In this document: positions 25,578-37,900 of the stretch, in pieces
Layout: the number at the start of each line of letters is the position of its first letter
Position numbering within the stretch: the stretch's first letter is position 1
From: Pavona decussata
Taxonomy: Eukaryota
Reading direction: 5' to 3'
Length of the DNA: 64,000 bases
Assembly (NCBI GenBank): GCA_977016875.1
Contig: CDRNST010000104.1
Coordinates: 1,488,001 to 1,552,000 of the forward strand
Translations under genes and position numbers: made by a program
The notes under the pieces: model-generated
Told to the model about the DNA's origin: nothing
What the model saw: only the letters and a program-made list of their open reading frames with translations
Databases searched by the model: none

Positions 25578-25640
25578 AATATAATATAATAATATAATAA
25601 GAATATAACAAGAATATAATAATAATAATAATAATAATAA
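25578..25640 (+). repeat. (AAT)n-like microsatellite
   Basis: aatataataag / aataataat runs. Confidence 0.8.
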
Positions 25641-25749
25641 TTCGGGATCAAGTGTCAGCCAAAAAATGGTGACGCGCTAGGCAACAATACAACAATGCAA
25701 TACAAACTTTAATGAAACTCCTTAAAGGAGACTTTTCAGGGACAATATT

Positions 25750-26401
25750 AGTTTCTCCGAGACTTCATCAACATTTTTAGCGTCATTCAGAAGAACTTCA
25801 GTGGCTCGGCACAACGCTGTGACTCTCTGCAAATACCCTGATCTGGAATTCTTTAGTTGTAAACTATCGATGGCTTCTTCTGAATGGACTCGGCATCTTC
25901 TATGTCTTTCGGATCCGGACAACCTGGCATTCATCAGATCTTTGAATGCATGTAATGGACACTGCAAGTTCAGTTTGAAATTCGCACTTTAATACTTTAA
26001 CACAATTCACTAGAACAAATGTAACGGAAGAAAAATACGGAATTAATAAACGCGAACAGAAAAAGTGAACATACAACAATCGAACAAGAAATCAAACCAA
26101 AAATTCACAATCAAAAATATAACTACTTACAAGATCTGTATGGCAACTGGGGATAAACAACAACTGCTTGCAAGGGCGGAATACAAAACCTTTATACTAA
26201 TTTGAAATGAAAAGAATAGGCCTGACGAAGTTACAAACTAAACAATAAATGATTACGTAACACGACGATGAGAAACTAAGTTGCTTGAAAAATGCGCATA
26301 TAACGTAAATTCCAAAAAGCTAAACTAAAACGCGATGACAAATATTTGCATTGATTACACAGCAATAGGAAAAAAGAAAAATTTTAACTCTCGTGGCTAC
26401 A
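25750..26401 (-). mobile_element. Probable BEL/Pao LTR plus gag N-terminus remnant
   Basis: Begins TGTAGCCACG on the minus strand and is followed by [16 protein letters not shown]...EVLL gag-like helix. No PBS seen. Confidence 0.4.
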
Positions 26402-26513
26402 ATATAATAATTATTGTTTTTCATGCTCTGAAATGCTAAATTTACAATAATTGACAACTGAATACTGTAGTCTACACAAACAGAACTGGTAGCAGTCCAT
26501 TACTTGCAATTAT

Positions 26514-27774
26514 TTAGCATAGTGTGTATAAGCAAGAACATAAGAACACAAGAACACAGACTATAGTTAACGTCTGTGGCCGGACAACTCTGAACATTTG
26601 GCCTCTTCTTGTCTGTATGCCATGGAGGAAGGTCAGCACATCTTCATCATCGCTTAGGTGTTCGCTTACATCAGAATCTGTGTCATATTCTTGCACTTGT
26701 TCTGAGTCATGGGAAATGTCAGAAGAAGCATCATCCTGTTGATCATGCGGCTGAATGTCAGAAGCTGTAGTCTCTACAACATCTGGAGAAGGTGGAATTG
26801 GAAGACTACTTTCTCTGCTGGTGTATATGAGGAATGGTACATATTGAGAGGAAGTGTCCCAGCCTTAAACCTTGTTGTCTTCTGACGCATGCTGCGCTGA
26901 TGGACGGCTCTTCCATTGTCAGAGGCCCACTCTCTTATCTGGTCTTTCTCTCTGGCATTGAGCTGCCTCATAGGCTTAAGGTGGCTCATTCTTGGTATAG
27001 TGTAAAGAGGTGTTGCTTGTTGGACAACAGGACAATACGTTGACTCATGTGTGAAATAGTCAGCAGCCCAAGGAACAACTCTTTTTATGCTTTTATAAAC
27101 AGTGTTTACCAAGTTGCGTGCATACTGTAAGGCAGTTTGCAGCTGGTCCTTAAAGTGGCTCATTGCATGGACGTTCTCCTCTTGAACTGTCAGGCATGTG
27201 TGAAGATCAACTGTATAAGCTGGATTGAGATTGTTGAGGAACTTGTGAAGATCTTAAAGACCCTTCAGAATCATGCTGACAGATGACGTCTTTTGGTGGG
27301 AAATTGTTCCATGTTGACCAGCAGGCTTGGGTGATGTGTCAAGTTGCTCGAGTACACATTTGTTTGCTTCTTTCAAGTAGCTGTGCAAAACTTCCACGTG
27401 TCTGATCGCTTCTGTTATGGAGAGCTTTGCTGTTGGTTGGTGCTTGAGATGGACTGAGAAGGCTTTGTACAACAGGCCAAGGTGTTTTAGAAATCCAATG
27501 GTGCCTTTGATGGAAGTAATAAGCTTAACGGTACCTGCTTGTGCATCTGTTACAAAGATGTTCCTGTCCATCTCAACACGTACTCCCATTGGTTGAGAGA
27601 ATGATGAATCAGTAGACTTGCCATTGGAATTCCCCTTTTTTTTCCAGTGTCCACAACAAGGACGACCTGCCCACCAGGGGCTTTGAACTTTACTTGGTGA
27701 CTTGTTGTGTCTACTATCAAAATACCTCGGTTGTATGCATCAATATGGCAGCTTTCAAGACAGTCGGCAGTTCC
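26514..27774 (-). pseudogene. SAP+NHL protein gene, 3' part (NHL repeats and helical C-terminus)
   Basis: GILIVDTTSHQVK; GNSNGKSTDSSFSQPMGVRVEMDRNIFVTDAQAGTVKLI (NHL repeat); CLTVQEENVHAMSHFK; acidic tail. Contains stops and frameshifts. Confidence 0.7.
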
Positions 27775-28460
27775 CACAGGGAAAAAATCCTTAATTCCAA
27801 TAATGGTTTTTTGAATGGTTTTATGGGTAATTCACATTCATAAAACCATTGATGGAAAATCCGAATTCTTAACATTCATGGCTTTTCGTAGAAAACCAGT
27901 AATGATATTATAAGATATAACATAATGGGTTTTACATAGAACATGTTCTTGTTTATTTGAATTCCCATCATGATTTTTCCCATCTTTAAAATTGTGGTAA
28001 ATGGTCAGTAACCCTTTATGGGAATTCCCTAGAAACACATTTATGTGTTTTTCTAATCCCTTAACGTCCTTTTGGCAAAACCCAATAATGATTCCCTGTA
28101 TTAAGATGGTGGTTTTATATAGAAACACATTCTTGTTTTTCTTATTTCACACAATGGTTTTCCAGTTTTTACCATTATGGATATACCAATAACCCTTGAC
28201 AGGATTTCCATTGTAACACAGCCATGTATTTCGTTAACTCTTTGATGGTATTTCAATGAAAGCCAGCAATGATTCTTTGAATTCCAGCAATGGTTTTTCA
28301 TTGTTTGCCATCATGGGTTAAAAAAGATATCCATCAGGAGATTTTTTTTTCAGAAACATCAATGTTTTTCCTTCAATTTCTTCAATGGTTTTTAAATAAA
28401 AGACTCCGTGAGATATCTTTAGTGGGTATTATGTAAAACCAACTGTTTCTTTTAATTACC
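27775..28460. repeat. Left subterminal repeat region of the CACTA element
   Basis: Dense aatggttt / aaaccatt motifs in both orientations. Confidence 0.7.
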
Positions 28461-29244
28461 ACAGTATCTTTCCTATTTTTATCATTGTGGATAATTATAA
28501 TTTGTAGATTTCAGAGTAAAGTTACTGCAGGGTGTATGGTAAGATTAATGCTATTGTGGAATGGACTACAATCAAAACCCTGCTTTGTTACACTTATATC
28601 AACTCTTTAATAATGTCTTTTTCCTCACAGGTTTAGAGATGTTAACGCAACATAAATAACTTACTTTTAAAAAGAAAATAAAAGTTACTTTGTTACACCA
28701 AGTAATTGTGTCATTACTTATAAAGTTATGTAGTCATGACCAATCATCTTTTAAGGTGTAAATGCTTGCAATGGGAGCGGTAACTAAGCTTGGGCCTTAT
28801 TGCATTTAACACAAATATCAATGCATGCTTTACATTGTATTTAGGGTCGATCAATTATTATCACAGAAGTTATTTGCCAATTCGGCTCTATTTAAGAAGC
28901 CAAACAACATGTGAATACTTTACATTGTTAACACAACAAACACTTCAAGAAGTTCTTGGAAACCACAAAAGGAAAAAGTTAAAACGAAATGCAATGAACA
29001 CCTCGATGGCTTAGTTGCCATTAACCCAACAGGCATTACAGTGACACTGACTGTACCAGACAAGACGTGTATTACTTTGCACTCATTTGTAATCCTTTTC
29101 CATCAGAGGTAGACATCCAATTGAACAAGTATGCATCAAACTTTGAACAAAGATAGCACCTAGCTTACAGACTAATATCAAACATGTCCCAACAATAGAA
29201 AAACAAATAAGTCACTAATTTCCTGTCCAAAATTTACAAGTCCA

Positions 29245-31967
29245 TCAGAAAGCCTTGGCCTTGGTCACATCTGCCCTTTGAAGTGCATTCAGATTTTTCT
29301 TGCCAACTACAATGATTTTCTGTGTTATGAGATACTCTGAAAGCAGTTGAGCAGCTCTTTCCTTCTCCATGCCCTGAACATCTTTTCCAGTGGCAAGGCC
29401 AAAGTTTTTCACATATGCAACAAGTTGCTTCCTTGCAACATCTTGGAAACGTAATGCATTAAATGCCACTTGAACAATTATCTTGGCAGCCAGAACTGGA
29501 ACATCCCTTTGTGCCTAAAGGGTGACATGTTAAGAAAGGACAACAAATATGGATTCAGCATGTCATATACTTTTAAGCCAGCTGTGCATGTTGGCTTCTT
29601 ATCCAAAACAAATTCTGTAAAATGGCAATGAGGGGAACATGTATTGCTGTCACTTTAGGTACAATTACATTACAAATACCAAAGGGAAAATGAACTATTC
29701 ACAACTCTGCATATTGGTTAATGTGATATTTTACTTTGCCTACAGTAGCTGTTTGAGTGTAATAAATAAATTGTCATCTTGTCTTCAGATTGAGCCTAAA
29801 TACATTTCCATATCCTTCACCCAGAAATTGGACTACAACTCAGTCAGCTTTGGGAAATCACAAAACAAAAGGAAAGTCAAAATCACTTGGTGTTACAGAC
29901 TGAAAAAAGGTCATCCTACTCAGCTGGCTGATTGACTGTTATTAATATTAAAAAAGAATATTAACAGACCATTCAAATCAAAACAGTTTTAGGAGTAGGG
30001 TCATACACCCATCCCTTCAACACCGGCTCAAAGTAAATAATGGCATCATTATATATTTCAACTTTAATGTTTTACCTCTCTGTTTTTAAATTCCTTTGTT
30101 GATATCATGTGTGATTCATGCTGAGAAGCATCTAAGTCATCATGACTACTATCACCATCTTCATTGTTGTTAGGATGTCCTCCTTTAGTTCCTGATGAGC
30201 AGTCCTCGTCTGACTCTTGGCATAGGATTATAGCGTCGGCGCAGCTAGAAGAATCACTAGTGCGTTGCCCATTACTTTCATCATCTGATTTCTTCTTCTT
30301 CAGTTTCCTTTTGTCAGTCTAGGAATAACAGTTGATGAAATGAGAGTAAATGTTAAATAGGAACTGCACATTATGCTCCAAACAGATATGCAGTGGAGAA
30401 CTTGATAGCAGTACAGTCTTCATCTTACCTAGAAAGGTCAAGGGTTCTTCCTTTCAAACAATAAACTAGGTGACTGTTCGTCAGCAATGCACGACTTAAC
30501 GTTGAAGGGTTTTCATAACCAGTCCCAAGATGCAAAAGGCAATTCCAAACAAAACAAAAAAAAAAAAGAAAGAAAGAAAGAAATATAGAAACTTCCTCTA
30601 ACCTGAGTGTAGTCATGTCCATTGCGATGTCTTCGCCTTCTTTCATTGAGGACATCAAGGATGTGCTGTTTTATGCTGTCTTTGTTAAATCCTGCGGGTT
30701 CATATGAACAGTCCTCTGCAATTGCGTCTACAAGTTCATCAAGCTCCTTTTTGGCCTCTGTGTCTTTGTTAAAAACAGGTATCTTGTTGCCCGGTCATTT
30801 TTTTACTGCTGCATCTGATACAGCTTTTCTCCTGAGGAAGAACAAAAGGCAATTTTCGCCACACTCTCCTTCAAACTCCTTAAACTAATTGCCAGTGAAG
30901 AACATGGTTCAATGAATTTTGGTAAATGGTTACTGATATAAACTGAAACTTTCTCCCGGAAATGCACTATGATCCACAAAGGAACAGTCTCTTTTCTTTT
31001 GACTGCATGCTTTGTATACATGTATGGTTATACCACCTGAGCAACTGCTAAAACAAAATAGTTAAAGAGGGGTTCAAAGGGCCATGCGAAAACAATTTCC
31101 AAATTATTCTATAATGATGCAACATAGACTCATGTAAAGGCAATAATCTCAAGTTTGAATCCTCTTAAGTGATGTTAGCTCGTTTCTTAGCGCTGTAAAT
31201 ACATGTGCCTAAATACATATGCCTTCCATTCGAAATGTACTAGCTAGAAGGAAAAGCAAATTTGGAAAGAGTAACACACTTCGCTTTGTAGATCCTTTGG
31301 CTCAACTGAGGCATTGCTTTAAGTTCGAAAATAGATGGTTTTTTGTTTCTTCGGGGGCTGTGAACAACAGGAACTTCTGCGATGAACTCTTTTAAACAGA
31401 GTTGGTCGCCCACGGTCTTAAGCCCACACGCCTCGAACTGCTGCGACGAACCGTCCTTTGCTAAAAAGATGAGTGCTTTTCCATCAATTTTCTGTTCTGA
31501 AAGTAATTAACGGAAGAGACAATTTAAATGTATAAAAACGTACGAGTAAGCTCATGTGAACGTTTCTGGCGTTTGAAAGATTACAAATTCCGCGAAAATG
31601 AAGGAGTGGTTCGTTTTCGCGCCAAACAATCCGCCCAAGATTACTAAAGTCCACCTCTTTACCATTTTCTCTCACAATGTTTCCTCCAGTGGCGGTTAGA
31701 AGCTAACGATAATGTTACTTGTGCGACTCATGCATGCAACAATCCGTACTAGATGTGCACTAGATGTAGGAATTTTAAGCTTAATACTCAGACAGCTTTG
31801 ACAGAGATCAACCCGTTGTTCGGGCGCTTGAAAGAGCCTGTTCGATTCGGTCTTTTTATTAAACTGCAACAACACAATTCAGAGTTCTCACTTTCAAACG
31901 TTTTAGCGATGTCTTCATTGTATTTTTCTTTGATTTTTTCACTTACTTCTTGCACTGTCCACTCCAT
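29245..31967 (-). pseudogene. CACTA accessory gene with N-terminal SAM domain (5 exons)
   Basis: Splicing gives MEWTVQEVSEKIKEKYNEDIAKTFEKQKIDGKALIFLAKDGSSQQFEACGLKTVGDQLCL (SAM). Exons are about 31967-31892, 31497-31280, 30831-30603, 30319-30075 and 29515-29245. One TGA at 30797-30795. Confidence 0.75.
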
Positions 31968-34950
31968 TCTGTGTTGTTTTTGAAGAAACCACAAACCTTT
32001 GCCAACCTTCAACAAGAAAATGGCGGGAACTGCGCGCAAAACCTCGTATACGTGAAGTGCCAACTCCATATACGGTAAGATCTAGAACCCATTCTTCCTC
32101 TGTTGGAGAACATTGGCGGGAAGTTTCAATCGGGGAAATCATAATTTAGTTCTTCTTCTAACTTCATGATGCTTGGAACAAAAAGACAACGTCTTTCGGA
32201 CGAATTCTGGTCTAGAAAGGACATCGTTACTTGTCGCTGCTCCAGCTTACCATATAAGCATGTTCATTGCCCCTGTAGTGAGTGCACTTTTTCTGCTGTA
32301 TCGACTTCAACGGAATACACGCATTGGAAAAGAGCTGAAGCTCTCTCCATGAGGTAAGATATAAAGCTTAAGTTAGATTTACATTTCTGTTCATGATGAC
32401 TAATTACATAGGGAAAGTTACTAACAATTTATTTATTTTGGCTTTCCTTCATAAATTATTTCTCTCCAACCCCCTTGAACGGTTATTAAATCTCTAATAT
32501 GAGAATACTGTTTCAAACACAGCATTGAAAGCTCCTCATGTCAACTCAACTCACCTGATCCTACAACTTCCTCTTGCAATAATGAATTATTGAGTGCCGA
32601 GCAAGATAATTCAGAGGATTCAGACTCGGATTCAGGGGACTTTTCAACCCATGAAGCAAGAACCAGTGACTTTGATTGTGATTCTGATACTGGTCCCAGT
32701 AGTGTTAACTCAGTAAACATGGAGATAAGCTGTGCGATACTCAAGGCATTAAACTTGGTTGACCAAATGCAAGGTTCAGTGACAGACTTTGAAGACGTCC
32801 TACGTTTTTCAAAAGAACTGTTTTGTCGAAATGATGATGAACTTAAGAAACTTTGGCCTAAAGACTGGAGAGAGACAGCGGCTCTTTTACGGAAATGTGG
32901 CTATAAAGACCCAAAAGAATTATACATCTGTCTTGATGAAAGTCACTACTGTCACTGGGATGTCATGGAGAGCCCTACAGCAGTGTGCAAGTATTGTGGA
33001 AAGCAAGGCACTATCAAGCACTACTATTTAAGTATCAGCTATAAAATACAACAATGGTGTGCCAATGAAGCAATGTGCACTAAAATGATGGCGCACTGGG
33101 AAGACAAGGGACATTGGATACGAGGAGAGGGAGCTAATTTTACACTGAAAGAGGTATGGGATGGTTCACGATTCAATGAACTGAACTGGTTCTGGAACCC
33201 CGAATCCAATTGGATGCTCCCAGTGAAGTGCACATTCTGTAAAACTGTGATTAGTGTGGATGAGATATTAGCTTTTCCTGAGAAGGATGGCAAGCATGTT
33301 ATCACCTGTGATGAATGTGGTACCCAGTGGATACATGCACCCATCTTCACAACAGGGGATCCCCGAAACATAGCCTTGATTGGTCATTGGGATGGCTGGC
33401 AGCCATTTGGTTACCCAGGAAGTCATAGTTGTGGTAAGTTTTACAGACAAGTATTTTTCTTCATTGTGCAAAAAAATGTTTATTTCTATTAATTTTCTGT
33501 ACTCTTCATTTAATTGCTCATAAATTGTTCATGAGTTATATGAATAATTATTGATGTAAATTACTTTTCACTAATTAAAATAGGAAGATCTAATTATGTT
33601 GTTGCACTTGTACATTTAGGTGCTATTGAGGTAACAATTGCAAATATGTCAAAGGCTGTAAGGAGCAGTACAGATGAGATTTATGTGGTTGGATTTGTAC
33701 CATCCTATCAATTACCAAAGTCACGACCTTGTACACTTGACCCATTCCTTCACCCTTTAATCAGTGATGTCGAGGACATTTTCATTGAAGGTAACTTTCA
33801 AAGAGTATCTATTACATTGAATGTAAACAGCACATGTTAGTATGATTAATGTATGTTGGTCATTATTGTTTTCATACCATCTGCATGTCAAATAAATTTA
33901 AATGACCAATATTCAGATGTATTTATTAACTAGCAATTCTTATTTTATTTAAATGGAGTTCATTCTGAAATAATAATTTCATTTTACGAGGGTAGAACTT
34001 TCAGTTAAAATCGATAAACCTGTGGCTCTCCCTAGCTAGATTCCAATGTCTATGAAAGGAATACATGTCGAATATAGCATTACATGTACATGTAAAGTGG
34101 GTGACAATTTAACCATATGCTTGTAAAGAGAATAACAGGAGTTTATAGAAGTAACAATTGTAACATAATTCTCTTATTCACTGAAACTTTTAGGTCTAAG
34201 GGTCAACTATGCTAGACCATTTCCTTGTCTGCCAGCTGGTGAGTTGAATATCCGTGTGTTGATCCTTCTTTGGACAGGTGATTATCCTGCCCAGCATGAA
34301 GTGGGCAAGTTCATAAAACATGGGATATTTCCATGCCGGCGGGATAAATTAAGGTGGCCGAACACAGTTTTTAGACGCCTGAACCTTATTTGCTGTTATT
34401 TTCATGCTGTTGATACTTGGGAGCCATAAATTGGAGAGTGATAAGTTTAGTCATACATATTTTTATTTTTTGCATTTTGGCCCTGCTACATGACGTTGCC
34501 ATGGTAACAGTGCTGGTTAAAAACGTAGCTAAAGACAATATTTTCGTTTGTTTATAGAAAATTCAGTCGTTAGATTTTTTTCACAAATAGCATGCAGTGA
34601 ACTCCCAAAAAATCCTTGACCTCTATAGGTGTTTAACAACATTTTAACAGACTGATTTTCTACAATTCTCTGTTTACCTTTTTCACGACAAATTTTGGAT
34701 TCTTTTGAATTTCCTCTGTTAAACTTTAATTTTTTTACGACGGGGCGCTTGCATTTTTGCTGAATTATTTTCTTGCCAAGTTTAATGAAATTCTAACGAC
34801 TGGTTCGTGAGAAATCGGCGTGTTTCCGATGTGACAATCACAAAATTTTCGGTCTCAATTTTTCAATGAATTGCGCATGCGCAACATTTAACTGGCTTTC
34901 TTGATTCCTCAGTTCGATTCTTCGAGCGGGGTCACAACAGTAATACTTCT

Positions 34951-37900
34951 TTAGTGCAGTCTTCCTTTGAAATGGCTTACGATGCGATGAAGGACAACTG
35001 GATCAGTAGTGCCACGAGGAGTGCGACGAGTGGGCAAGTTGCCTGATGATGTTGCTGGATTGGCCAGGATTGCAAGGAGGCCTTGTTCGCCATGTTTGTC
35101 AAACACGTGTTGAAGGTGTTTGTAGCCGATGCCAGAGTCAGCCAGTTTCTTCGCTAATCCATTTTTGATAATGCCAGTGTTACGGGAATTGCAGAGGGTT
35201 CCTTGGAAGGATTGTTGGAGAGAATAACTGTGGTCAAGATAGAGCATTTGTTCTACTGCTGATTCGAGCTTCGTTGTCTGGCTGTTGTTTACAATATCGC
35301 ACACGGAGGCGCCAAGAGGACAGTTTAGAAGAATTTTGTGCAACGCTTTAACATCTTCAAGAGCATCATGGCCTTCGAAGTCCTCATTAAATAAAATTCT
35401 GTATATAGCAGCTTGGTTTGGTTTCACAAATGACCCGTCTTCGGTTTTTAGCGCTTCGCATTTCTCTCGGATGAGCTTGCGAACGAAGGCAAGGCTGTCA
35501 GCAAAATGGACGTTCAGTGCCTTCATTTCAGGGATTAGATGTGGCGAATAGCGCAGCACAGCTCTCAGAAACACGGGAGTGTCGAATGAACAGGAATTGT
35601 GGCCGATCAGGATGACTGTTGTATCATTTGTCTGGTCTTTAGACTCCGCTATAAAATTAACAAACGACTCAAGACATTCGGCTTGTGAAACGGTCTCCAA
35701 GTGGATTCCACCACGGTGAAGAATTTTCTTGCCGCCGATTGTGGTTAGTTGAAATTTATTTATCCTGGACGCATGAAAAGAAATGTCTTTCGTTGGCAGA
35801 ACAAACCTTGAAAATGTTTGACCCAGTTCATTCTGTGCTGCTAATTGGATAATCTCGGCTTCTTTTCCTCCACAAGTTGTTTCAGTGTCAAATGAAATTA
35901 TAGCCAAATTTGTGCTTGGATGATCTGCATAGGAAGTGAAGATTTTTTTGGGTGGTCGCTTAGTAAAAGTAGGGACCTCTTTCTCGAACTGTTTTAATCG
36001 TTCCTTTGTGACACCAGTGGCTTGTTCAACGAGCTGGGGGTCAAGTGTTAGTGACACCCCACTTTGGTAAGTAACTCCTTCTTTGTTTTGATCGGATTGA
36101 TTTCTGGCTTTCTTTTTTATGAAATTCTCTCTTCGTCGTTTCTTGAATTCAACCGAGGACTTTCTTCTTTTTTCAGCTTCCCTTTCTTTGTCCATTGCTG
36201 AAATGTTTGTCTCCATAATATTTCCTGGTTCTACATCTAGACAGCGTAGGGTATCTAGTAAATATTGTTTCCCCAAGTTTGTTTGTGCAACACCAGAAAC
36301 CCTTTGGTCAGAACTTTCGCTCCCACCATAAAAGCGGATTTTGGGCGCTTTTGAACCAACAGTACTGTGCCAGCTCTCATTAACTTGCGAAGAAGCATTT
36401 GCGACCAGTTTGTTAACTACAAGGTCACTTGCATATATCTCGAACAAATCAGTTAACACTGTTCTTAAATTTTCACCCTGGAGATCTTTTCCATTTGGTA
36501 AATCTTTGTGATGATATTCCTCAGGATTCTTAGCATGGCCACACCAATTAAGTTTGTGCATCTGGTCGCCAAATGCATGAGGAACAATGGCTTTCATTGT
36601 CACTTTCAACCTTTCTGCTTCTCCCTTGTTTTGACTAAGACAGTAGCTAAAACACTTGCGAAAGTAGTCAATGACCTTCTGGGAAAGAGGTGATTCTCCT
36701 GGTTGTTTTTTTCTTTCAGAACTGATCTTTTGTAAATGCCCTACAACTGTCCTTGTTGCATGGCTTGTGTCAGACCACTTATCCACTTTACAGTGTACTT
36801 CTTCACGAATTTTTGCAATTGTTGCACTGTCGTCATCACCGATAAACACTGAGTACTTAACTCCATGTTTGGGTGCATGATTAAAAAGCTGCACAGCCAC
36901 AGCTGCTTCCATGGCTTTTGAAGAGCCTGACTGGTTCATTCGACAATCATGCGAAACAGGTTGCTTGCCTTTTGAATTGGCTGCTGTGCAGACTCTACAA
37001 AACTTATTTGCGCACCCATAGTCAAGAATTTTCTTGGTTTCAATCCCTATAATGGCCCCATGTCCAGTTAATGAATTGTTTGCCCTGCCCCTTTTTAGCC
37101 ACTGCATGTCATATGATACCGACAATGGCATAAGGCCATCGGTATCAGGAATTTTGCCATTTTCCTCTGCAGCATTGCTTTCATCCTGTAAAACCATTTC
37201 ACAGGAGTTTGAAGCAACTTCTTCAATGGCCCTCCCAACTTCCCTCTCCCTCTTTTTGTAGGCACTTTTGTTCAGCGTTGGCACATTTAGCGTTGTCAGA
37301 AAATTGTTCATGTGGGTAAAACCGATACCATTGTCAATGGCACCATGTGCAATTCTGGTGTTGACATCATATGCTTTTGGGCCTCGCTTCCCATGTCGGT
37401 GTTGCTCACATGTAACTACTTTATTTTGTGTCCCACAATCTTCACATACAATCGATATAATGCTTGCACTTCCTTCTTTTATTTCCTTCACAGCATTCGA
37501 GAGAGAAAGAGGTCCTAAAAGTTAAAACATATTGCGTATAAATTTTATGTTCAAGAGACAAGAACATTAACTCCAGTGAGTCTTCCAAACAAGTGACATG
37601 TTGTTCTTGCAAACTTGAAATTGATACATGTGTACCTTTGAGTTAATTTATGATTTCATTTGTTTATTTTCTTTGCTAGTTTTGTGTTGTTTTCTGTTTA
37701 TGAAATTATTGTACTTTTGTTTATTAGAAAGCATTTCTGTTTAGGAAATCTGGCAAATCTGCAAATGTTTGCAAATGCAATTTGGTGATAAGCATGTTTA
37801 TGTTCATTTTTATAAATATGAAATGATTTCTCCACGGAATAGTAAACTATAATCAGTTTTTAGCAGTTCCTTTTCACAATAGGAACTTGAAAAAATTAAC

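Noticed and set aside
31062-31168. Tiny TTAA-flanked inverted repeat in the SAM-gene intron
   Set aside because: The arms are short and imperfect. It is possibly a MITE but cannot be supported without other copies.
34951-37491. Calling this element Mutator or piggyBac
   Set aside because: A TTAA TSD with GG...CC termini is not MULE-like (9-bp TSD), and the protein and termini are not piggyBac-like (CCY ends). Kolobok fits best.
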